Positions 1 to 9,824 of a stretch of DNA of 43,262 nucleotides are shown here, in pieces. The DNA comes from Acutalibacteraceae bacterium (GTDB lineage Bacteria; Bacillota; Clostridia; Oscillospirales; Acutalibacteraceae), in NCBI GenBank assembly GCA_045579885.1, contig JAZNMV010000196.1, positions 1-43,262 of the forward strand, given 5' to 3'. Made by a program: the position numbers and the translations under genes. Positions within the stretch are counted from its first letter, which is position 1, and each line of letters starts with the position of its first letter. The notes beneath the pieces are model-generated. The model was not told the DNA's origin, searched no databases, and saw only the letters and a list, made by a program, of their open reading frames with translations.

Positions 1-141
1 AAGCTTTGCCGACGAGCTATGTGCAGTATGCCGGGCAAAAAATCCGTGAAGACATGAGCGGGTTTGGCGGCGGCGTCTACGACTTTATCCAGACCATGTC
101 GAACATGGCACCGTCTATTCTGCTTTCCACGGCTGCGGCGG
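1..141 (+). repeat. Terminal overlap copy 1 (identical to 43122..43262)
   Basis: aagctttgccgacgagc...ggctgcggcgg is identical at both ends and falls inside a continuous ORF, indicating a circular assembly overlap. Confidence 0.95.
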
Positions 142-3100
142 CTGTTACCGGCGGTATGGGCGCAGCACCGGCAGTCACCAAACTTGCGAGCACTGCGCTT
201 GGTACCGGCGCGATGGCCGGATCTGCCGGCGGTAACGCGTACCAGCAAAAGGTGCAGGAAGGCTACGATCCCGAAGCAGCGCGCAACTACGCAACGCTGG
301 TCGGTGCTTCCGAAGGCGCTTTGCAGTATGCTCTTGGTGGTATCGGCAAGCTGGGTGGTATCGGCGGGAACGTGGCAAAAGCGGTTGCCGGTATCGATAA
401 TGCGTTTGTCCGATTTGCGCTGCAGTACGGCGGCAAGATGGCGGCAGAAGGTACGGAAGAAGCTTTGCAGGAAGTTCTGGAACCGCTGTTTGCTGTGGCT
501 GCTCTCGGCGAAGAATACGAGAGCGCGAAGTTTGAAGATATCGCGTATTCCTTCCTCTTGGGTGCAGCGAGTGCCGGTGTGTTTGAATTTGGCGATACGC
601 TCTCGCAAGTCAGAGCGCCGAAGAAAACCGGCCAGGCATTCCACGCACTCGGCGACGACGCGGTCAATTCCTTGATCGAAGCCGGGCTTGCGGCCGAAAA
701 AGGTTCGACGAGCTACAAGGTTGCGCAGAAGCTGCAGAAGATGCAGCAGAGCGGAAAAAAGATCAGCGACTATCAGCTTGGACGACTGGTTGCGGAAGAA
801 TCGGAGTTTGCTTCTGCGGCCGCAGCAGATGTTGTAAATCGACAGGAACCGACGACGAAACAGCCTGAACCGCAAACGACGATCGGACAGCCCAAACCGC
901 AACCGACGGAAAGCACCGCAGAAGATGACGACCTCCCGTTTTATGTGTCGGAAGAAACTTCTGCACAGTCCGGCGTTGTGCTCCCCACAGCGGAGGAATA
1001 CTTCCGACAGAGGGAAAATACCCACTCGACAGCGCAAACGCCCGTAGAAACGCCTACAGCGCAAAATCCGGGCATGCTGCCGACGGCAGAAGATGCAGAC
1101 CGCAACCGCCGCGCGGCACAGGCTACAACCGAACTGGAACGCAGCGGTATTCTTGCCGATGCAACCGACGAAATGATTTCCACCGCAAAGCATGTGAGTG
1201 AAACCACCGGACGTCAGATTGCATTCTACAAAGAGGCTGCGCGAGCGGGTGAAGGCGTTGTCAACGGATACTACAATCCGCAGACAAAGACGATCATGGT
1301 AAACGCCGCCAGTCCGAAGGCGACGCAGTGGACGCTGGGCCACGAGCTGACGCACACGATTGAAACCGCGGGCGCATATCAAAAGCTCCGCGATCTGGTT
1401 TTCTACCAGTACCGCGGAGACGATCTGCAAAAGGCGCGCAACAGTATCAATGCGCTGTATGGGAAGAAAGGCGTCAGCCTCACGCCTACCGGTGTCGATC
1501 AGGAGATCGTTGCCAACTACGTTGCGGACCATCTCTTCACCGACCAACAGGCGATTGACGCGATCGTGCGCGATGACCGTTCGCTCGGCCGCAAGATCCT
1601 CGACTTTATCGACCGACTGCTCAAACGCTTCAGTGGTACGGCGCGAGACCGTGACTTCCTTGTCCGGGCGCGCAAATACTACGCACAGGCGCTGGAAAGT
1701 ACGCCGGAAAGCATTCCGTCCAATGTGTATGACAGTTCGTATGCAAACTTTGATCGTCAACGTTCTAATCTGGATGATGCTCTTGCCGCAGGTGACATTA
1801 CCGAGGAAGAATACGAAGCGCAGACCGATTTGATGGAACAGGATGCCGCCGGTAAGGGTATCGGGCTGAATCGGTATAGTATTGAGACTCTTTCGGATGG
1901 CAAAAAATATGTTCGCGCCGACCGTCAGGTCGTTTACGGAAACAACCCTGAAAGTTGGAGCGAACAATTGGAAGATTATATAAACGGGAAAATCCGTCGT
2001 GGGCAAAATGTTGAGCTGATCGGCGAGGACGGCGATATCCTTACATTAACTGCTGAATCTGCCGGTAAAATTGCATCCATGTATAATAGCGACGGAACGA
2101 CGATGCGAGAAGACTATTTCGAGCGTAAAGTAAACGCAGGAGCGCATATAGACGAGCTTGCAAGTGTTTCCGTAAGGGGGCGAAAGAATCAAGTTGACTA
2201 CGACGCAAGACACGGAGAAAATGCTGCTGGGGGCTGGAATTATAGAACAGCTTATTTCAAAGACTTTGATGGAAAATATTATCTCTGTACAATTTCTGTT
2301 GAAATAGGCAAAAACGGAAATATTATCTATAATATCGGACAAATGCAAGAAAGAAGCTTCCCCACAACGACAAATGCGCTTAACGGCTCTTCCGCCAATG
2401 GCGGCGCTCAAGGTGGGAAACCTTCTTTCGACGGTATTGTACCACAACCGGATGATTCTGTCAAGCAGTATTCTATCACTGAAAACAGCAACGGTGAGGA
2501 ATTGAGCGCAGAACAGCAGGAATACTTCAAGGATTCCAAAGTTGTTGACGAGCTGGGGCGTTTGAAGGTGATGTATCACGGAACACCCAACGGAACGTTT
2601 ACGGTGTTCCGCGACGGTACATACTTCACAGACAACCAAGCCTACGCGGATCTGTATCAGAATCCGGATGCAAGCTACATCAGCGTCAAACGTACCGAGA
2701 CCAACCGGAAAACATATGCGGTTTATCTGAACATCACGAAGCCGTTTGTCCTTTCTGATCCCGAAGCGCGTGATATCTATATCAACGAGTACATCAAGGG
2801 CGGCAATGCGGTTGGCATCAATCCGTATATGTCTGCTGCAGAGTACCGTGCAATCAAATCGATCGACTGGATGGAGGGCGAAGATCTGCGCGAGTTTTTG
2901 CAGGACAACGGATACGACTACGACGGCCTTGTGCTGGATGAAGGCGCAACGGGCGGTTACGGAGAAGACGTGAGATCCCGCGGCAATTCGTATGTGATCT
3001 TCAGCCCGGAACAGGTGAAGGATGTTGACAACACCACGCCGACCAACGATCCGGATTATCGTTATTCGATCTCTGAAAACAGCAACGGGGAACTGCTGAG

Positions 3101-6100
3101 TGCAGAGCAACAGGAATATTTTAAGGATTCCAAAGCTACGGATGCACAAGGACGATTATTGGTGCTGTACCATCAGACCGAGGGTGAGTTTACCGTGTTT
3201 GATCCGCGTTATGGCGGAGCGGGTGCGCGTGATGATGGTACGCCGTTTGGTATCTTCCTGAAATCCAGCGACCGGGATATCGGTTTGCGAGGAAAGCGAC
3301 AGATGAGATTATACGCAAACATCACAAATCCGCTGACGGCTTACAACCGCGAGGATTTGACGTGGCAGTTGCGACGATTGTCGCCAGAATATGCTGATCT
3401 TATCCGTGAACATGAAACATTGGATCGAGAATATCAAGGCAAGGTTGATGCGGCAAAGCAATCTTTGCGCAATTACATGGTAGAATGGAGGGCGAAAAAC
3501 AAAGACGCTTCTCGCACTGCGCTATACGACGATCCTCGTTTTATGAAGTTGTACGACGCAGAAGATACCGTTTTGGAGGAGTGGACTGCTCGCGCAGCCG
3601 CACTTTCTGCTAAATCGAAAGAGATTCTTACGCAGGCCTTGCGTTCAGAGGGCTACGACGGGGTAATTTTGAAAAACGACGCAGGCAGTTTCGGTCGCAG
3701 CACGGATGCTTTTATTGCATTGAAACCGGAGCAAGTAAAGAACGTTGACAACTTCACACCGACCAACAATCCGGATATCCGTTATTCCATCAATGAGCCG
3801 GAAACCACTGAAACGGCACAACAGGCACCGATGACGATTCCGGCGAAGGCGCAGCCGCATTTGAAGAGGGCACAGCGTTTGCTGTACAATGGTCTTGCAG
3901 AGGCGTTCGGCGTTCCGAAATTTGCGGATCGAAAGTTCCTTCAGGAGCTGATTGGAGGATTGACGAACGAATACCTTCAGACCGGGCGCGTTTCACAGGA
4001 AACATTGACAAACATCTTTGAACGCGGGTACGAGAACGGGATCGTGGTTGACCGCGAGTTCTACGACAACTACAAGCATATCAAAGATCATTTGCGGACG
4101 CAACCGATCACGATCTCTGACTACGATGCTTCCAACATTCCTGACTACAATCTTTGGCGCAAAAAAACGTTTGGCACGCTTCGCATTGTGAACGAAGGTG
4201 GCCTGCCGGTGGACAGCGCGTATCAGGAACTGATGGAAATGGCACCAGGGCTGTTCCCGGATACGATCGTGAATCCCGCAGAACAGCTTGTGCAGATGTA
4301 TGATGTTGCCAAGGATATTCACATTTCCGAGCAAACATTAAACGAAGTTTACGGTGACGATGCGGCAACGTACAAACAGTGGTCAAGAAATGAGTTTGAC
4401 ACCACCGTATCCAATGCGCTTAACGATCTGCAAAACATCAAGCGATATGTGGACGAACGAAACGGCAAAGAAAAAGTTGTGGTGCTGGAAAACATTGATG
4501 AAGTCAAAACCGCGTACAAGGAGCTGAAAGCGGCTCGCCGTATCCGTGATAAGGTAGTGGCAAAGACGCTATTGACGAAGCACGACAATATGCAAGTTGG
4601 CAAATTGTTGCGCGGGGAAATGGAACTTAAAGATCTCAATCCGCAGGATGACAATGTCAACGGAATTACGGCGGTATACGAGGCAAGCAAAGAGTATGAC
4701 CGTTTGGCCGGTATTATTTCTCGTTGGAAGCAGCAACGGAAGAACGAGCTTTACGAGCTGGTTGACCAGGATCTTACCACGGCGAACAGTTGGCACGACA
4801 AGTCTGCCGGCATCCTGTATTCCCGTGAGACGATGGAGCGTAACATCCGCGATATCATAGACGATCAGGATCTTGCAGATCGAATCATCAAGATTTACTT
4901 TGCGCCGGTGCACAAGGCTGCGGCTGCGGCAAACAAGACCAAAGAAGCCTACCGTAATCGTGTTCGGGCAATGAATCTTTCGACAAAAGTTGACAAAGGA
5001 AACGAGGTCTCCGAGGCCTACGCGGTGCAGCTCGTTGGTGAAGCGGAAGATAATATCCGCATGATTCAGGAAAGCAAGGGCCGCATGAATGTGCGCGATG
5101 GGAAAACGGAGCGGGAGTGGGAGGACGTTATCTTTGATCTGTGGCAGAACAGTCCGAACCTTAACCGGGAGAAGATCCATGACGCGGTAGAGGAGTTCCG
5201 GAAGATCTACGACGAGCTGTTCGTACAGATGAATGAGGTTCGCGTCAACAACGGATACGAACCGGTCAACTACCGTCACGGTTATTTCCCGCACTTCCAA
5301 AAAGACAGCGACGATGGTATCCTTGGGCTGTTTGGGAAAGCCTTGGGCGTCAGCACAGAGGTCACGGCGCTTCCGACCACGATCAACGGTCTGACGCACA
5401 CCTTCCGTCCCGGTATCCGCTGGATTGCGGCAGCGCAGGAGCGTACCGGATTCCAGACGGAGTATGACGCGGTCGAAGGCTTTGACCGTTACATCGAGGG
5501 CGTTGCTGACGTTATTTATCAGACCGAAAACATCCAACGCTTGCGTGCGCTTTCCGACCGCATCCGTTACCGCACCGGTGACGAAGGTCTACGGAGGCAG
5601 ATTGACGAGATCAACGCCGATCCCACACTCGACGAAGAGACCAAGAGAAGCAAAATCAAAGAGGTCTACGAGAACGGTAAATACTCTTTGAGCAATTTCG
5701 TGGTTGAGCTGGAAGAATACACCAACCTTCTGGCAAACAAGAAAAGCCGCGCCGACCGTAACATGGAACAGGCCATCGGCCGCCGTGGGTACAATTTGGT
5801 CAAGGCTTTGGAGAACCGCGTTGCTGCAAACATGGTGGCAATCAATCCGGCATCGTGGCTGACCAACTTTATCGCACTCACGCAGGGCAATGCAACACTG
5901 AACCGCGGCGAGCTATTGCGCGGGATGTGGCGAACGTTGAAGGCTTATAAAGAAGATGACGGCATGGTTGCGCGGAGTAACTTCTTGACTAACCGTCGCG
6001 GCAGTGATCCGCTGGTGCGCACGTCGGCGCAGAAATGGTCGGCGACGCTCTCGAAGCCGATGGAATGGATCGACAGCTTTACCGCCGATTCGTTGGTGCG

Positions 6101-8147
6101 CGCGCGGTACGACCAGAACCTGAAAGCGGGTATGAGCGAACAGAGCGCGATCGACGAAGCCGACGCTTGGGTTGCCGGCGTTATGGCCGACAGAAGCAAA
6201 GGATCAATGCCGACGCTCTTCAACCGCAGCAACCCGCTGACCAAACTGTTCACGCAGTTCCAGTTGGAAGTCAACAACCAGATATCGTACTTGACGAAGG
6301 ATATGCCGAAGGAAGCGGGTAAAGCATTATCTTTGCGGTTTGCAAAGATGCTCTTTAAGTTTGCTCTTGGTGCCTGGATGTTCAACGAACTATACGAGTA
6401 TCTGATCGGGCGCAGACCGGCGTTGGATCCAATCGGCATTCTCAACGACACGGTCGGCGATCTGACCGGGTATGAGCTGCCGAATGTGGTGGAGCTCGGC
6501 GTTGGTGCAATCACCGGCGAGTTGCCGTCGTTTGAAGTAGAGCAACAAGGCCTGTACGATGCGGCCACAAACCTTGGCACAAGCATCGCAGAAAACATTC
6601 CGTTTGTTGGCGGTTTGATGGGCGGTGGCCGTCTGCCGATCAGCTCGGCTTTGCCCGATGTTACAAATCTTGCCAAGGCAGCACTGAACGATAAATGGGA
6701 CACCAAAAAACGCTGGACGACGGCGGCAAAAGAATTGGTGGAATCTGGCTTGTATTGGTTCCCACCGTTTGGTGGCGGCCAAATCAAGAAGATTCTGGAA
6801 GGCATCGACGCGGTCGCAAGAGGCGGCAGCTATACCGTAGACAGCGACGGCGAAAGCGTCTTGCAGTATCCGGTCTCCGGCAACAATGCGTGGGAATACG
6901 CATTGAACTACGCACAAGCCTTGACATTTGGCAAAACCGCCCTTCCGGGTGGCCGTGAGTGGATTGAGAGCGGGTTTGATTCTCTGAGTGCAAATGCCAC
7001 GGCCGCGTACAAGGGTATGATTGACGTCGGTGTAGATGGGTACGAAGCGTTTGATCTTGTGCAGGGTCTCGGAGAATTTACCGGAGCGGGTCGCAGTTCG
7101 CAGCAACGTGATTATCTGCGGGACTCCGAGATCTCCGAAGAAGGTAAGGCTATGGCGTACTACGGTATGCTTGCTTCCGACAAGGAGAAAGAGCTCATGG
7201 ACGAGCTGGCTGATACCGTAGACTTTGGCAACCTTGCCACGGTTCTTATGGCGATCAAGGATGCCGGAGAACTGAAAGGCGCGGAAGCGTCGAACGGCAA
7301 GCGTGAGGCTATCATCGGCGCGGCCATGACGGACGAAGCCAAGAAACTGGTTTATCGGTACACGTTTGGAACGAAGAACGATAACGGTACCTACGCCACC
7401 AGCCGCGAGGAAGACATCCTGGCATTTGAAGATGCCGGAATGGATTTCGATACATTCTTGATGGCGCAGAACGCGTACACCGAGATTAACGAAGCGTTTG
7501 ACAGCGCGACGGAAAAGGCCACGGGGTTTTCCCGGTGGGTCAACGATCAGGGATTTACCGACGAACAAGCGGCGGTCGTGCGCGACAGTTTTAAGTATTA
7601 CACGCAGATTCCTGCGGAGGCCGGAAACTACGACAAGTTTGTCGGGGCCGGACTCACCGACGAAGATTCATACGCTTTGTCGAACGCGTTGAACACTCTG
7701 GAACCGTTACCGGGAAAGACAAGTGTGACATCGGTGCAGAAATGGCGCGCGGTCGTGGATACGATCAGCGATTCCGACGACCAGATGTCCGCGCTTGAGG
7801 CGATGATGACGGAATCAGCCTATGAGAAACTGGAAGTCGCCACGAGTATGCGGTACGGTATTGACGCCAAAACATATGTCACGGCATACGAACTGCTGCC
7901 ATACTACGACGAGAACGATAACGGTAGTTACTCCAGTGCGGAAGTCGCAGCGGCGCTCAACCATACCGGCGGCAAGCTAACGAGCACCGGCATTGAGCTT
8001 CCGACCTACGGTGGTAGGCTTACAACGGCGCAGAAGGCGGTCTTGTGGCAGCTTCTGACCGGCAGCACTTCGGCGAAAAACAATCCGTTTGACGTCGATA
8101 TCGGCTGGCGTGTACTGAAAGCCCGCGGGATTGAACCGAAAAAATAA
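6..8147 (+). CDS. C-terminal 2713 aa of a giant polyvalent internal virion/ejection protein (zincin metallopeptidase, nuclease-like domain, two ADP-ribosyltransferase-like domains, helical C-terminal region); true start at 41855
   Basis: In frame with the ORF starting at 41855 across the circular junction. HELTH zincin motif at ~1341. Two repeats of YH(G/Q)T...YDG(L/V)...PEQVK resemble ART-PolyVal domains. It is the last gene of the structural operon. Confidence 0.8.
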   Translation: MPTSYVQYAGQKIREDMSGFGGGVYDFIQTMSNMAPSILLSTAAAAVTGGMGAAPAVTKLASTALGTGAMAGSAGGNAYQQKVQEGYDPEAARNYATLVGASEGALQYALGGIGKLGGIGGNVAKAVAGIDNAFVRFALQYGGKMAAEGTEEALQEVLEPLFAVAALGEEYESAKFEDIAYSFLLGAASAGVFEFGDTLSQVRAPKKTGQAFHALGDDAVNSLIEAGLAAEKGSTSYKVAQKLQKMQQSGKKISDYQLGRLVAEESEFASAAAADVVNRQEPTTKQPEPQTTIGQPKPQPTESTAEDDDLPFYVSEETSAQSGVVLPTAEEYFRQRENTHSTAQTPVETPTAQNPGMLPTAEDADRNRRAAQATTELERSGILADATDEMISTAKHVSETTGRQIAFYKEAARAGEGVVNGYYNPQTKTIMVNAASPKATQWTLGHELTHTIETAGAYQKLRDLVFYQYRGDDLQKARNSINALYGKKGVSLTPTGVDQEIVANYVADHLFTDQQAIDAIVRDDRSLGRKILDFIDRLLKRFSGTARDRDFLVRARKYYAQALESTPESIPSNVYDSSYANFDRQRSNLDDALAAGDITEEEYEAQTDLMEQDAAGKGIGLNRYSIETLSDGKKYVRADRQVVYGNNPESWSEQLEDYINGKIRRGQNVELIGEDGDILTLTAESAGKIASMYNSDGTTMREDYFERKVNAGAHIDELASVSVRGRKNQVDYDARHGENAAGGWNYRTAYFKDFDGKYYLCTISVEIGKNGNIIYNIGQMQERSFPTTTNALNGSSANGGAQGGKPSFDGIVPQPDDSVKQYSITENSNGEELSAEQQEYFKDSKVVDELGRLKVMYHGTPNGTFTVFRDGTYFTDNQAYADLYQNPDASYISVKRTETNRKTYAVYLNITKPFVLSDPEARDIYINEYIKGGNAVGINPYMSAAEYRAIKSIDWMEGEDLREFLQDNGYDYDGLVLDEGATGGYGEDVRSRGNSYVIFSPEQVKDVDNTTPTNDPDYRYSISENSNGELLSAEQQEYFKDSKATDAQGRLLVLYHQTEGEFTVFDPRYGGAGARDDGTPFGIFLKSSDRDIGLRGKRQMRLYANITNPLTAYNREDLTWQLRRLSPEYADLIREHETLDREYQGKVDAAKQSLRNYMVEWRAKNKDASRTALYDDPRFMKLYDAEDTVLEEWTARAAALSAKSKEILTQALRSEGYDGVILKNDAGSFGRSTDAFIALKPEQVKNVDNFTPTNNPDIRYSINEPETTETAQQAPMTIPAKAQPHLKRAQRLLYNGLAEAFGVPKFADRKFLQELIGGLTNEYLQTGRVSQETLTNIFERGYENGIVVDREFYDNYKHIKDHLRTQPITISDYDASNIPDYNLWRKKTFGTLRIVNEGGLPVDSAYQELMEMAPGLFPDTIVNPAEQLVQMYDVAKDIHISEQTLNEVYGDDAATYKQWSRNEFDTTVSNALNDLQNIKRYVDERNGKEKVVVLENIDEVKTAYKELKAARRIRDKVVAKTLLTKHDNMQVGKLLRGEMELKDLNPQDDNVNGITAVYEASKEYDRLAGIISRWKQQRKNELYELVDQDLTTANSWHDKSAGILYSRETMERNIRDIIDDQDLADRIIKIYFAPVHKAAAAANKTKEAYRNRVRAMNLSTKVDKGNEVSEAYAVQLVGEAEDNIRMIQESKGRMNVRDGKTEREWEDVIFDLWQNSPNLNREKIHDAVEEFRKIYDELFVQMNEVRVNNGYEPVNYRHGYFPHFQKDSDDGILGLFGKALGVSTEVTALPTTINGLTHTFRPGIRWIAAAQERTGFQTEYDAVEGFDRYIEGVADVIYQTENIQRLRALSDRIRYRTGDEGLRRQIDEINADPTLDEETKRSKIKEVYENGKYSLSNFVVELEEYTNLLANKKSRADRNMEQAIGRRGYNLVKALENRVAANMVAINPASWLTNFIALTQGNATLNRGELLRGMWRTLKAYKEDDGMVARSNFLTNRRGSDPLVRTSAQKWSATLSKPMEWIDSFTADSLVRARYDQNLKAGMSEQSAIDEADAWVAGVMADRSKGSMPTLFNRSNPLTKLFTQFQLEVNNQISYLTKDMPKEAGKALSLRFAKMLFKFALGAWMFNELYEYLIGRRPALDPIGILNDTVGDLTGYELPNVVELGVGAITGELPSFEVEQQGLYDAATNLGTSIAENIPFVGGLMGGGRLPISSALPDVTNLAKAALNDKWDTKKRWTTAAKELVESGLYWFPPFGGGQIKKILEGIDAVARGGSYTVDSDGESVLQYPVSGNNAWEYALNYAQALTFGKTALPGGREWIESGFDSLSANATAAYKGMIDVGVDGYEAFDLVQGLGEFTGAGRSSQQRDYLRDSEISEEGKAMAYYGMLASDKEKELMDELADTVDFGNLATVLMAIKDAGELKGAEASNGKREAIIGAAMTDEAKKLVYRYTFGTKNDNGTYATSREEDILAFEDAGMDFDTFLMAQNAYTEINEAFDSATEKATGFSRWVNDQGFTDEQAAVVRDSFKYYTQIPAEAGNYDKFVGAGLTDEDSYALSNALNTLEPLPGKTSVTSVQKWRAVVDTISDSDDQMSALEAMMTESAYEKLEVATSMRYGIDAKTYVTAYELLPYYDENDNGSYSSAEVAAALNHTGGKLTSTGIELPTYGGRLTTAQKAVLWQLLTGSTSAKNNPFDVDIGWRVLKARGIEPKK
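2469..3787 (+). repeat. Tandemly duplicated ART-like domain cassettes with conserved boundary sequences
   Basis: ENSNGE(E/L)LSAEQQEYFKDSK at ~2481 and ~3075; PEQVK(D/N)VDNxTPTNxPDxRYS at ~3006 and ~3726. The domain interiors have diverged. Confidence 0.85.
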
Positions 8148-8170
8148 ACACGAGAAAGGATGGTGTCTGA

Positions 8171-8332
8171 ATGGAAAACAAAAAAGATCAGGATGCATTG
8201 ATCGAAAATGTACCATTTATCGTCTATGAGGCGGCAATGATGCGAAAGGAACGATACATCCGACGATTGTGGGCGCTGGTCTATTTACTGTCCATCGCGG
8301 TCACGGCGTTATCTGTTGCCGTGATTCGCTGA
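8171..8332 (+). CDS. Small membrane protein, 53 aa (MENKKDQDALIENVPFIVYEAAMMRKERYIRRLWALVYLLSIAVTALSVAVIR)
   Basis: Translated by hand (below the ORF-track cutoff). AGAAAGGA RBS; C-terminal hydrophobic helix. Confidence 0.7.
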   Translation: MENKKDQDALIENVPFIVYEAAMMRKERYIRRLWALVYLLSIAVTALSVAVIR

Positions 8333-8350
8333 CCTCTCGGAGGTGAGCCC

Positions 8351-8584
8351 ATGAATAAAATCGAACAGTATGACCTATCGCGTTCTCAGTGGGAAGCGTT
8401 GATTGACGAATGGATCTTCAACGAGCGGGACCGCGACATCCTGAAGAAACGTCTGCTGGACGGCCTGACTTTTGAACGGCTGGCCGAACGGTTTGACCTC
8501 TCGACACAACGCGTGTGTGACATCGTATACAAGGCGCAGGCGAAGCTTTTCCGAAAAGCGGAAAAAGTAGTAAAAAACAAGTAA
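8351..8584 (+). CDS. Sigma-70 region 4-like HTH DNA-binding protein
   Basis: ERDRDILKKRLLDGLTFERLAERFDLSTQRV pattern; GGAGGTGA RBS. Confidence 0.75.
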   Translation: MNKIEQYDLSRSQWEALIDEWIFNERDRDILKKRLLDGLTFERLAERFDLSTQRVCDIVYKAQAKLFRKAEKVVKNK

Positions 8585-8595
8585 AAACTCAAATG

Positions 8596-8636
8596 AAAGA
8601 CAGCAACTAACTTGATGTTGGTTGCTGTCTTTTTTT
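8596..8636 (+). terminator. Rho-independent terminator or inverted repeat ending the late operon
   Basis: aaagacagcaactaac-ttgat-gttggttgctgtcttt followed by a T run. Confidence 0.75.
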
Positions 8637-8644
8637 GTTACAAT
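8636..8644 (+). promoter_or_regulatory. Extended -10 promoter (TGtTACAAT) for the accessory operon
   Basis: TG-n-TACAAT immediately after the hairpin; no clear -35 at correct spacing. Confidence 0.5.
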
Positions 8645-8730
8645 AGAGCCATGAAAGAGAGAGAAACAAACAAAACCGAGATGAATAATGCACAAAATCT
8701 GTTCGGCTTTTTGGAGGCGATCTGCAAGAT

Positions 8731-9114
8731 ATGTGGCAAAAATACAATGCAAATCCACTCGGAAAACAAGTCGGAGACTGTACCGTCCGGGCAATCTCCA
8801 AAGTAACCCGGCAAGATTGGGAGCGTACATACTCCGGCATGGTACTGCACGGATTTTTGCTGTGCGATATGCCGTCAGCAAATTGCGTGTGGGGCGCTTA
8901 CCTAAAGCACAAGGGCTTTGAGCGGCACATTATCCCCAACACTTGCCCGGATTGCTACACAGTCGCAGATTTTTGCAGAGACCATCCGACAGGAACGTAT
9001 CTTCTCGCGCTATCCGGCCATGTTGTGGCTGTGGAAGACGGCGACTATTTCGACACCTTCGACAGCGGGGGCGAAATTGTAATTTATTACTGGCAAAGAA
9101 AGGATGATCGATAA
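8731..9114 (+). CDS. Conserved hypothetical protein, possible papain-like cysteine peptidase
   Basis: GDCTVRAI (Cys), GHVVAV (His) and YFDTFDS (Asp) occur in the order of a Cys-His-Asp triad; GGAGG RBS. Confidence 0.6.
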   Translation: MWQKYNANPLGKQVGDCTVRAISKVTRQDWERTYSGMVLHGFLLCDMPSANCVWGAYLKHKGFERHIIPNTCPDCYTVADFCRDHPTGTYLLALSGHVVAVEDGDYFDTFDSGGEIVIYYWQRKDDR

Positions 9115-9545
9115 TGTACGGCAATTACTACGGCGGGTACTACCCGCAGGGCGCACCGGCTGACACGCTCACGCAGCTCCGAAATCAGCAGCAAGCACAG
9201 CCGTTTATGCCGCCACAGCAGCCAACACCGCAGCCGCAGAGCGGCAACAGCCTGATTTGGGTGCAGGGAGAAGGCGGGGCGAAATCTTATTTGGTCGCTC
9301 CCAATACCACGATCATGCTGATGGACAGCGAAGACACGCTCTTCTATCTCAAGTCCAGTGACGCGAGCGGCATGCCGCTTCCGTTACGCAGATTCCGTTA
9401 CGAAGAAATACCGGCAGAAATCAGCGCAGGAGGCCGCACAGGAAACGCAAACGATCCGGGCGGCAAATACGTTACCCACGAAGAACTGCGTGCCATACTC
9501 GCTGAGATGGCGAAACAGAAAGAAACGAAGGAGGATGTCGAATAA
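9114..9545 (+). CDS. Conserved hypothetical protein with Tyr/Gln/Pro-rich N-terminus
   Basis: GAAAGGA RBS; translationally coupled to the previous gene (TAATG); WVQGEGGAKSYLVAPN core. Confidence 0.85.
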   Translation: MYGNYYGGYYPQGAPADTLTQLRNQQQAQPFMPPQQPTPQPQSGNSLIWVQGEGGAKSYLVAPNTTIMLMDSEDTLFYLKSSDASGMPLPLRRFRYEEIPAEISAGGRTGNANDPGGKYVTHEELRAILAEMAKQKETKEDVE

Positions 9546-9757
9546 TGTCGAACCCTTTATATCAAACTCTCGGCGGCAACCAGAGCGCCGGCGGCATGGA
9601 TGAAATGCTCCGCGCATTTGAAGATTTTCGCAGAGGTTTTCGTGGCGATCCGAAACAGACTGTGCAGAACCTTTTGAACTCCGGACAGATGACACAGGCC
9701 CAATTCAATCAGCTTGCCCAGCAAGCAAACCAACTCGTGAAGTATCTTGGCAAATAA
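9545..9757 (+). CDS. Small helical hypothetical protein
   Basis: GGAGGA RBS; coupled to the previous gene; GDPKQTVQNLLNSGQMTQAQFNQL. Confidence 0.85.
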   Translation: MSNPLYQTLGGNQSAGGMDEMLRAFEDFRRGFRGDPKQTVQNLLNSGQMTQAQFNQLAQQANQLVKYLGK

Positions 9758-9824
9758 GTATCCAAACCGTGCGCGCGACGGTGAAGATAAAAAAACAAAA
9801 AATTAAAAACGAAAGGATGATGCT

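Noticed and set aside
8651-8806. Leaderless upstream ORF (MKERETNKTEMNNAQNLFGFLEAICKICGK...) overlapping the first operon gene
   Set aside because: The ATG does sit near the predicted TSS, but there is no other support and it overlaps a better-supported gene. It cannot be established from sequence alone.
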